64,000 bases of DNA, from positions 124,001-188,000 of the forward strand of contig MU057786.1 in NCBI GenBank assembly GCA_013265495.1. Direction: 5' to 3'. The notes below the pieces were generated by a model. The model was not told the DNA's origin and did no database searches. It saw only the letters and a list, made by a program, of their open reading frames with translations. This stretch comes from Vicugna vicugna. Its lineage: Eukaryota. The position numbers were made by a program, and so were the translations under genes. The stretch's first letter is position 1, and every line of letters starts with the position of its first letter. Below are positions 27,753-38,199 of this stretch, piece after piece.

Positions 27753-28164
27753 CTGCAAACATAGTGCCCAGTGGCCAGGCAGAGACCTCAGAGCCCTGTC
27801 TGGCTGTCTTGACTGGTTCTCAGACCCATAAGACATCTCCAGTCCCAACACACACAGAACACTTTCTGCACAAACCTCCATTAGGGACAAGAAAGATGAC
27901 AACCTGAGGGCCTTGGATTCCCACTGGCACAGAGGAGAGGCCTTCAGGAGTCCTCTTTCCCCCCTATCAGCCCTGTCCTCGGGTGTGGCCATGACAGGAC
28001 CACCAGGTTACCAAGTGTTCAACAACCTGTTCCCACCCAGAGGGGACACCTCCCCTTAGGTCCCCCTTCTCTGACATGGAGATGAGGGGAAGTGGGCCTG
28101 CCCAGGGAGGGCCCCCAGAGGAGGCTGGGCCAGGACTGGCCTGCTCCAGGCCACCCCGTGTTAC

Positions 28165-28302
28165 CTTAGGTGCCCTCCTCCTAAAAGACCAGAGGTGTCA
28201 CAGTTGAGGGTTCAACCAATGGCTAAAGGCACTGAACAACCTCTCAGTCCAGGGTTTCCTGGCGGAGAAGCCCCGGGAGTTTGTGAAACAGGAGCAGAAC
28301 AT
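28165..28302 (-). pseudogene. RALGDS-like coding exon 1: MFCSCFTNSRGFSARKPWTERLFSAFSHWLNPQL*HLWSFRRRAPK
   Basis: ATG at 28302; 46 codons; phase-0 donor AAG|GTAACA matches phase-0 exon 2; TGA at 28200-28198. Confidence 0.72.
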
Positions 28303-28479
28303 GCTTCTTCTTTAACTGTCTCCAGCCAAGTGAGCTGGCTCTGGGGCTGTCACTAGAATGTGGGTGCCTGGTAACCAGGTTCCGTTTCTGTTGGGGTCTG
28401 TGGTCAAGGAAGTGACCTCACTTCCTGGGGTCCACTTCCTTGGACCCCCTCCTCAGACAGCACCTCCACACACAGCCCT

Positions 28480-28740
28480 CCGGGCTGCTGCCTGCGCACC
28501 CCCTTCCCCGCGCAGCCCCACCGCTCCCGCAGTTACAGCGCCCCGCCCGCCCCACGGCTCCCGGGGCGGCTCTGCCTGCGGCTGTGAGGAGCCGCCCCGG
28601 CTTCCAGACTCCACTCCTCATTCTTACCTGCTCTCCATCCTGGATTTACCCTGGTGTTTCTCCAGGACGGGCTCCCCACCTGCACAGCGGGGCTGGTTCT
28701 AGCTCGTGCTTCTACGGACGTCCTCAGGCGCATGTGGGAT
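28480..28740 (-). promoter_or_regulatory. small CpG-rich region and candidate upstream exon (donor CAG|GTAAGA after 28628) of the RALGDS-like gene
   Basis: Local CpG enrichment, GGGCGG boxes and a strong minus-strand donor about 330 bp upstream of the ATG exon. Confidence 0.4.
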
Positions 28741-30899
28741 AAGACCTGACAAGTGTGGGAGTGATGTCACTGGTAGGGGATGCCTCCAAACCCCTTTTTT
28801 TGGTCTTATTACCACCCTAACATCAATTTCTCTCCTGATCCTGGCCCATAGTCCTTACTTAATGTCACTGTGCCCGTGTGTCTATGCGTTTGTGTGTGTG
28901 TGTGTGTGTGCTTGTGCACACATGTAAGCCAGTGCTCACACTCTGTGTGGCCTGCAGAAAACTGGCCCCACATGGAATGGTTGTGCAAGAGCTTCCTGAG
29001 GTCTGAGGGTTTCTAATTTCCAAAGCAAACCTGATGAGGGAGGTTCAAGCCTTGGCCAGCAGGTCAGAGCACTGTGACTCCAGGCCATGCAGGTGGCAGC
29101 GGCTGGAGCTGGGATCACAGACCCACACAGTCTGGTTCCACTGTCCACACTCAGAACCACAGTGCTGGGGGCAGGGAGGCCGTCCCCTTCCCGGGCACAC
29201 GGCCTGGCAGGGTCATCTTCTCTGGCTGGACACACAGTGGTCCAGGGACAGTTGGGCAGTTGAAGGGTTGCTGTCACCAGAGATCTGACAGTCTCACCTG
29301 GTGCTGCCTCTATGTTCCTGTCCTCACATCCCTCTCCCCGAGTTCCAGCCCCAGTGTAACAGTCACCTTCCCCAGGAACAACAGGATTTGTTTGCGCTGG
29401 AGGAAGAGGATCCTCAGCCTCAGTGGGAATTCCTCGGTAATCAGTTCCTCCCAGTGATTTCATGAGGAACATGTATCAGATCTGATCTAATCTCATAAGT
29501 GCCTAAGGTTCAGTTGGCCCCAAGTTGCCTTCTGGAACTCTTTTCCTCCCCTCCACCATCCGTGCAGCTTCTCCATCTCCCCACCTGCTCAAGCCGGAAC
29601 CTGGGGCTCTGTCTGCTCCCTCTTTCCTCCTCACCCCACATGCAGTCAGCTCCTCCCCGTCCCTGGGTCCCAACTCCAAATGCGTTCGTCACCTCTCTGT
29701 ATCTCCCTCCCCCTCCCTGTCCAGGCCACCACTGACACTGTCCTGGATGCATGCTCTTTGCTTCCCTTTCTCACTCCCTCTGACCCGGAGGGATGTTTAA
29801 AAGACAGATCTGTTCCTGTCACTCTGCGAACACACAGGAAATCTCTCAGAGGCACTTTGGGGAAAAGCCCCAATTCTCAGTCAGACGTGAAGCCCCTCCT
29901 CCTGCCAGCAGCCCACCTGGCCTTGCTGCCCTCAGTCCAGCCACTCTGGCCTTTGTCTATTCTTCCAAGGACCACCCCCTGTCTCGCATCAAAAGCCCCA
30001 GCCTGGGAGCCCACTGAGATCTTTACCTGGATGACTCCTCCTTCAGGTTTATCTCAAATGCTGCAAGTTGCTCTGCCCTGGCCCTCAGTTTCTCCCCCAT
30101 GGCTCTTTCCATCATCCTGGGAGTCTTCTTTGCAGTGTCCTGGGCCCCAGGGTTTGCCTGGGGAAGGTGCAGGGGCCCGGGATCCTGGGCAACCTCCTGG
30201 TTCCTAGCCCTGTGACTCCTCCTGCCACCAGCTTGCATGTGACCACAGAGGGCTCTGTCACCCCCTGTCAACCTGGTAGAAGAGGCCTTATAGACCTTCA
30301 GAGCCCCTCCTCCCTGCTGGTTTTCCAAGGCGAATTCAAGAGGGAAAGCCAGGGCAGTGGGCGGGGCTTTCAGATGCTGCCCCGCCCATCACAAGCCCCT
30401 CTCCTTTTTCAGTTTCCTTGGTTGGCCTTTCAGGGCTCAGTGCTCAGAGTCACCTGGGGGCAAATCCTCACTTCTATTGTTTTACTATGTGGCTGCTGCA
30501 AGTCACCTTGTTTTTTTTCTTCAACATGCCTGGGACTATCCCAGGCACTGGGAATACTGCGGGGAATGAAACCTACAAAGAGCCTGCCGGCTCGGAGCTT
30601 ACAGCCCAGCGTGGGTAGACTGACCATCAATATGTTTATATCTCTGTTGGAGCTGGACCCCTGCCCCCTCCCTCCAGCTGCTACCCCATCTCTGCTTCCC
30701 TTTAAAGCAAACACTGTCAGAGGCTAGTCCAGATTCTGCTCCAACGGCTCTGATGGAATTATCTGTCTGTGAGAAGAGCATTCTGGGTGGAGCAAATAGC
30801 AAGCCGCAGTTCAGGGGATTCAAATAGTCCAGGTGCTGGGCTGGGTGGGAGGGCAGCAGGTTTCATGCCTTCGAGGAAACGCTAGAGAGAGGTGAGTGT

Positions 30900-31950
30900 G
30901 AGTTGGGGGCAGGAGGGCTCTTGGCCCAGGAGTGACAGGATAGCCACTCAGTAACTGAATCCTTATGGCTGCTGCACAAGATCAGAGGACATGAGAGGAG
31001 TCACAGGATCAGATGGGGTGACTGTGTTGTAAGGATACCAGGGTGGTGCTGGTGGAGGGGTGGGAAGAGGCTGGATTCCAGATCTGAGTTGAAGCTAGAG
31101 AAGTTAGGATTTGCTGTTGGACTAGATGTGGGATTTAAGGGACACTCAAAAGTTTCTGAACATCAGAAAGGCTGGAACTTTCTGGGTCGTTGAAGACTGT
31201 TGGAGAAGCTGGCTTGGGGATGGGGAAATAAGGAGCTCACCTTTGGACATGTCCAGTTAGCGCTTAACAGAGGACCTCTAGTGGTGATGCTGGTTTGAAG
31301 TTGATAATAAAGGGGAGGAATTCAAAGAGGTCTAAGCTGGAAATCAAGGTTTTTGAGGCAGGCAGAGATAGCACTTAAAGCATTGGAACTAGGTGAGATC
31401 ATTCAGAGACCAAATGTGAAAATGAAAGAGCAAAATGTGTGTGTGTGTGTTGGGGTGGTGGGGAGTAGGGTAGACTGGGCAGGAGAAAGCAGAGAGGAAG
31501 TCGGGGAGCGGGGTGAGTAGGGCCAGGTGAAGGGAATGTTTCATGGAGAAGGGCATGTCGTCTGTACCAAATGCTGAAGGGGCAAGATGAGGACTGAGGG
31601 GTGACCACTGGATTCTGCAACATGGAGGCCACGAGTGACCTTGACAGAGAGGTTGTGTGAATGGTGGGGGTGAGGCTTGAAGTGGGTTCTAGAAAGAACT
31701 GGCAGAGCATTTGGAGGGGAGTCTAGACAAGCCTCTGACAGTGTCTGCTTTAAGGGGCAAGAGAGATGGAGCAGCAGCTGAGGGAGGTGGGAAGGTCCAG
31801 GTCCAGTAGAGAAGTCAGCATGTTGATGCAGGAGAGGGGGGAGTCGCGGGAGTGACGTCCTAGGGTGGAGAGCTTGACTTTCCAGGAGCAAGTGCATCTC
31901 CTGCACAGAAACGGAGAGAACAGGCTGTAAGCACAGATGCTTCTGGGGGG
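30900..31950 (-). mobile_element. LINE-2 fragment (RT region)
   Basis: Minus-strand translation HHSHNLSVKVTRGLHVAESSGHPSVLIL resembles the L2/CR1 RT motif HSTETALxKVTNDL..SVLILLD. Confidence 0.75.
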
Positions 31951-32254
31951 AACTTGTGGTTCTCTTTCTCTATTTTAACTCATGAAATACATTTGCAGAA
32001 AAGAACATAAAACACATATATATCACTTAATGAATAATGTGGGTAACTATGTAAACTTTACCTAGGGGAAAAAAAAAAAGGACATGATTAACACCTTAAA
32101 AAATTCTCCAGTCAGAATTTTTTCCTTCTGCCCCAGATGCAACCACCATTCTGGTTCAGTGATAATAACTCAAAAAAAAAAAAAAGTTTTACCCTCTAAA
32201 CATATTCCTAAACCACTTTAAATGTTATTTAACTACATTTGTTTTTTTTAAATT

Positions 32255-33090
32255 TGATTTGCATTTTTCCAACTTTATTGAGGTTTAATTGACAATAAAA
32301 ATTTAAGATACTTAAAGTGTACAGCGTGATGATTTGATATATGTATACACTGTGAAAAGAATCCCTAGGTTTAATGAACACATCCATCACATCACGTAAT
32401 TACTCTTTTTTTCTTTTGATGAGAACATTTAAGTTTTATTAACTTCTACTCTCTTAGCAAATTGTAATGGTAAAATACAGGCATACCTTGGAAATATTTT
32501 GAGTTACATTCCAGACCACCAGAACTGAATATATTGTGATAAAGCGATTCACCGGAATTTTTCGTTTTCAGTACACAGAAAAGTTATATTTATACTATAC
32601 TATAGTCTATTCAGTGTGCAATTAGCATTATGTATTAAAAATCAATATACTTAAAAAATCAATATACTCACCCTAATTAAAAAATACTTTATTGCTAAAA
32701 AAAATGCCAAAATGATTATAATAGTAACATCAAAGTTTGCTGACCACAGATTACCATGACAATTAAAATAATAATGAGAAAGTTTGAAATATTGTGAGAC
32801 TCACCCCAGTGTGACACAGAGACACGAAGGGAGCAAATGCTGTTGGCAAAATGGTGCCCACAGACTTGCTTGACACGGGGTTGCCACAAATCTTTCATTT
32901 GTTAAAAAAAAACACAGTCTCTTCAAAGTACAATTCAGGGAAGCAAAATAAAATGAGATCTGCTTTGACTGTGTTATCAACTGTAGTCACCACATTACTC
33001 GTTCGATCCTGAGACCTACTCATCTTGTAACTGAAGGTCTGTACCTTTACCACCCTCTCCTGATGCCCCTGGAAACCACTGTTCAAATCT
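32255..33090 (-). mobile_element. L1MA-type 3' end, interrupted by a Tigger element
   Basis: tttattgaggt..aattgacaa..ctactctcttagcaaatt, resuming at ctgtgttatcaactgtagtcaccac. Confidence 0.75.
32478..32967 (+). mobile_element. internally deleted Tigger1-like DNA transposon
   Basis: Starts TA|caggcatacct (Tigger1 TIR); contains gacacagagacacgaag..tgttgg..aaaatggtgcc..gacttgct..gggttgccacaaa; degenerate right TIR gagatctgctttg. Confidence 0.8.
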
Positions 33091-33529
33091 TTTGTCCACT
33101 TTTTTTTAATTGGTTGTTATTCCCGTTCTTTATTGTTGCATAAAATCCACCCCAAAACTTAGTGGCTTAAAACAGCCACAGTGGTGTGATTTGCTCATGA
33201 ATCTTCAATTCGAGCAGGACTTGGCCTCAGCTGGGATGATTGAGGGTTGGGATTTGAACTAGCTGGACCATGGATGCCTACAGCATGGTGGTCCCAGGGT
33301 GGTCAGAGCTCTTGCATAGCAGCCAGTGCCCCCTGCACTAGGCACTGCAAGAGATCTGGGTGGGAGTTGCAAGGCCTCTTCTGATCTAACCATGCATGTT
33401 CCAGATGTGTCCTATTCATCAAGCAAGTCTGTGAGGCCAACCCAGATTTAAGGGAAGGGAAATTAGCATCCACCCTTCAGCTAAGAGGACTAGCAAGCAA
33501 TTTGCAGTCATTTCCCATCTCCTGCACTT

Positions 33530-36500
33530 GTCTACTTTTTCCTTATTGATTTACAGGATTTCTTTATATAGTGTTCATCTAATGTCAGTTACCTGTTTTG
33601 GAACGATCTCTCCCATTGTGGCTTTCTTTCACTTCCTTTATGTCTTTCCCCCCTTTGTGACTAGTGCCTTTTGAGTCTTGTTTAAGAAGGTTTTCTCTCC
33701 CTCAAGGGCATGAAAATATTCTCTTAAAAACCTTCCAGTTTTTTAAACTTCTAAAAGCTTTCTAACTTCTTTCCTATTTATAGGTCTTTAATCTACCTGA
33801 AGTTTACTTTGGTGTGTGGAGTGAAGTAGTCTTTTCCCATGTGAATATTTAAGTACCATTTATTAAGAAGAATGCTGTTTCCCCACTGCCCTGCTGTGTT
33901 GTTTCTGCCAGATGTCAAACGTTGGTGTATGTGAGTGTCTTTTCTGGGCTCTCTGGTCTTTTCCATCCTGGCTTCCTATCCCAGCTCAATACCATGCTGT
34001 CTGAGTGTCTGTTGCACTAGGTGTCACCATCTAGTAGACTAAGCTTTCCCCTCTCACTCTGTAAGAGTGTCTTGGCTATCTTGGCACTACACTCCCTCCA
34101 AATTTTAGAATCGTTTGACATCTTCTACCAAAATATCTGTTGGGATTTTGACTGGAATTGATATCTACACTCTACTTACTTTTCCAGTGTTTATTTATCA
34201 CATATCTTTATCTACTTAGATGTTCTTTGATGCTTGCCAACAAAGTCTAATATAAAGTTTTCTTCCTGCACCCTTTAAATCTGTATAGTCCACAGGTTGT
34301 TTATAGCTTTTGACACCACTGTAAATGTTATTTCTTTTTCTCTTTTAATCCATTACCATGCGATGAATATCACTGATCGGTTTTCCAGTGTTAAACCACT
34401 TTTGTTCCTAGAATAGACCAGTTTGCTTATTATGTATTAATTATCCTCTTTATATATTGTTGGATTTGGTTGGCCAATGTTCTGTTTACAATTTTGGCAT
34501 TGACTTTCCTGCAGGCCATTGGTCTGTACTTTTCATTCCTCTGTCTTTGTGAAGTCTTGGTATTAAGGCTATGCTGGCTTTGTGAACAAGCTGGGGTTTT
34601 TTCTCCGCTCTCTGCAGGAGTTCCTGTACTATTGACATTATTTCTTCCTTAAATATTTGGTGGACTTCATCAGTGAAGCCATTGGACCTGGAAGACGCAC
34701 ATTTCTTTAATAATTACAGGACTATTTAGATTTTAAGTCATTTCTTTTGGTATAAACTTTGGTGATTGTATTTTTGAAAGAAATGTATCCGTTTCATCAG
34801 AATTTTCAAATAGTGCGCATAGTGTTTTCTCATTACTTTGAATGTCTAAAGGTGCCTTAGTTAATTTCTCTTTTTAAAATCTTGGTTAGCCTTTTGTTTT
34901 CTTTCTCTCTTTCTCCCTTTTTGATCAGTCTTGACAGCCAGGGATTTTTAACTTTATTAGTCATTTCAAAAAACCAATTCTTTTCTTTTGATCTCTCCAT
35001 TGTATGTATTGCATTGTTTTATATGTTATTAATTTCCACTCTATATTATTTTATTTATTCTGTGTTTTGGGTTATTTTACTTTTCTTTTTCTAATGTCTA
35101 AAATGGATGCTTTCTCATTAGTTTTCTGTGTTACTTACTTCAAGACTATAAACGTACGTCTAAATACTCCAAGGACAGCTTAGAAGCATAAACTTTTATA
35201 TGTAACATAAACTTTTTTTTCTACTGGAGCATAATTGATTTACAGTGTTTCAGGTGTGTAGGAAGGTGATTCAGTTATACATACATAAACATGTATTTTT
35301 AAATATTCTTTCCTATTATAGGCTATTATATAGCTCCCTGTGCTATATAGTAGGTCCTTGGTATTTATCTATTTTACGTATAGTAGTGTGTATCTGTTGA
35401 TCCCACATTCCAGATTTTTCCCTTCTCTCTCCCCTTTCTTCTTTGGTAACCATAAGTTTGTTTTCTATGTCTGTAAGTCTATTACTGTTTTGTAAATAAG
35501 TTCATTTGTATCACTTTTTAAGGTTCCACATATAAGTGATACCATATGACATTTGTCTTTTTCTGTCTGACTTACTTCACTTAGTATGATCATCTCTAGA
35601 TCCATCCACATCACTGCAAATGGCATTATTTCATACAATATTCCATTATATACATATATATGTACATACTTACATACACATCTATAAACCAGATCTTCTA
35701 TATACAATCATCTGTTGATGGACATTTAGGTTGCTTCCATGTCTTGGCTGCTGTAAATAATGCTGCTACATGTGTGTTTTGAGTTAGAGTTTTCTCCAGA
35801 TATATGCCCAGGAGTGGGATTCCTGGATCATATGGTAACTCTATTTTTAGTTTTTTAAGGAACCTGCATACTATTCTCCATGGCGGCTGCACAAATTTTA
35901 TATGGGGCGTTTTTATTATCATTACGTTCTAAATATTTACTATTTTCCAATTGTTATTTCCTTTTTGCCCACTGGGTTGTTTAAGAATGCATTTCTTAAT
36001 TTTCAAATATAATGGAGATTTTCTCATTGTCTTTTCATTATGTCTTGCCAATATTGATTCCATTGTTGTAAGAAATCATGTTTAATACTATTTCACTTAA
36101 GCATGGTCTTTTTGTAAATGTTTCAGATAGGCCTGAAAAGAATGCGTAGTCTGTTCTCACTGGGTGCAAGTTGTGTGTCATGAGGTCAAATGTGTTAATA
36201 GTTATATTGATCAGATCATCTCTTTCTTCACTGAATTTTAACTTCTTTTGGTTGCTTTTTCTATCTTTTCCTAAGAGACTTATGTTAAATCCTCCTGTTA
36301 AGATTTTGTTTTCTGTGTATCTATAACTTTGGGGTTTTCTACATTTTGAGACTCCTTCATTAAGTACATAAAAACTAAAATTGTTGCATCTCCTTGGTAA
36401 GCTGAACCTTTTATTATCATGTAATAACCCTCTTTATCTCTAGTAATACTTTTTTGCTTTAAAATCTATTTTGTTTGATATTGCATAGCCACACTAGCTC

Positions 36501-37430
36501 TTTCTTGGTTAGTGTTCACAGAGCACATTACTTTTATTCCTTTTACTTGCAGTCTTTCTGTATCTTTATGTCTTAGACGTGACTTTTGTAAACAAGATGT
36601 AGTTGAATTAAAAAAAAACCAATTTGCAACTATTTGCCATTTAAGTAATATGTTTAATTATCTCACATTTGATATACTTATTAATGCATTCATGTTTAGA
36701 AATACCATCTTATTTTGTGCTATTTGTCACCCTCTTGTATGTTTCTTTCTTTCTTTTTTTTCTTCTTTCCTTTCTTGCTTCCTTGGGTTTGTTTATATCT
36801 TATCACTCCATTTCCACCCAGAGTTTTCCTCTTGGCCTCTCTTTGTGTGTGTCTGTTGTTTTCTCCTAAATTAAAATCTGCATTCTTAATTTACTGATTC
36901 TACAGTTAACCAATACTTTTTCTATTTTCCTAGACAACACCTATGCTGTCTTGTATTTTGATTCTCTTACTTTTTTTTTAATTCCACAGACATTACTGTT
37001 GCAGACAGTGTTCATTTATATTTACCCACATATTAAATGCCCTTTGCTTTTTATTCCTTCTTGTGTATCAGTCCTTCTGGGATCATTTTTCTTCTCCATG
37101 AAATGTCTCCTTTAGCATTTCCTTTAGTGCAAGCCTGCTTCTCAGTGAACTCTTTATGTTTCATTTGCCTGAAATTCTATATTTCACCCTTTTACTTGAA
37201 GGATATTTTTTCACCCTCAGCCTGGAATTCTAGGTCAGAAATGTTCTTTAGCTCATCGAAGTTTCATACCACTATTTTCTGCCCCGTGTGTGTATGCACA
37301 TTGTTGGAAAGTCAACTAAGTCGGTCCAAGAAGTTATTTTCTTCAGCTGCTTTAAAGAGTTTTCTCTGTGTCTTAGTTTTCTGTTGTTGCTCTATGTTGT
37401 ATCAAAATGTAGACTTTTTATTGACCGTGT
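33530..37430 (-). mobile_element. long, old L1M remnant containing a younger L1 3' insertion at about 35212-35900
   Basis: T-rich antisense L1; nested ORF fragments [18 protein letters not shown] and MPFA..WMDLE.IILSEVSQ. Confidence 0.8.
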
Positions 37431-38199
37431 GACTGACCAGGAGCTCCGAGGGCAGAGTGATGGGTTTTTGGAGTTGGGAAGGGCTGGGAGATAGGAGGAG
37501 ACACAAGGAGGCATAGAATTTGTAGACAGTTCGCTTAGGATTTCCACATCTTTGAACCTCAGTTGTTGGTTCTATGAAAGAGGTTTGGTGATATTTACTT
37601 TGAATTTATGTATTTATTCTGTAAATTTGGAGAACCCACCAGGTGCCAGATCATAACCTGGGGAGTATGGACACAAATATAAGCCTCTGCTTCTGAGACT
37701 CTTCCAGCAAGTTGGGTTCCAGCAGATGTGCTAACAGATATAAGCAAAGGGGAGCGTTACTGCCAAAGATGGTACAGGATGGAGGGTTCTATGTCCTGTT
37801 GGAAATGTGGGTCACAAAGACTTCCTGGTTGATGGGGCTTGAGTTTATCTCAGAGGCTGAGTAAATTTTCACTGGACAACTCAGGAGAAAAGCCATTTGT
37901 AGGAGAGAGAAGAACATGCGTGACGGCTGAAAGTTGGGAAAGAGCTTGGCTCTTCAGTGGTACTGAATTGTTTTGTATGGGCGCAGGGAAGGGTGCTGAT
38001 TGGCCTAGTTTGGATGAGTGGCCGTCCCTAGACCAATCATGTGGAGCCTGGGACAGCATCTTGCAAGAACTCTGTTACTGCTGCAGCCCTGGGTGTTGGT
38101 GGAGTTCCCAGGGGAGCAGGCTTTACTGGGTGCCAGTCCTGAAGGTGTTCATTGCAGCTTGAGGAGTCTGACCTTTGCTCACCAGGTAGAGGAGCCAGT

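Larger units (their letters stand above)
23797..28302 (-). pseudogene. RALGDS-like (ral guanine nucleotide dissociation stimulator-like) intron-containing paralogue, REM domain only, in-frame TGA at codon 35
   Basis: Six GT-AG exons of 138, 111, 194, 60, 194 and 100 nt splice in frame to 266 codons; exons 2-5 are similar to the RALGDS N-terminal/REM region; candidate AATAAA at 23802-23797 followed by a GU-rich element. Confidence 0.85.
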
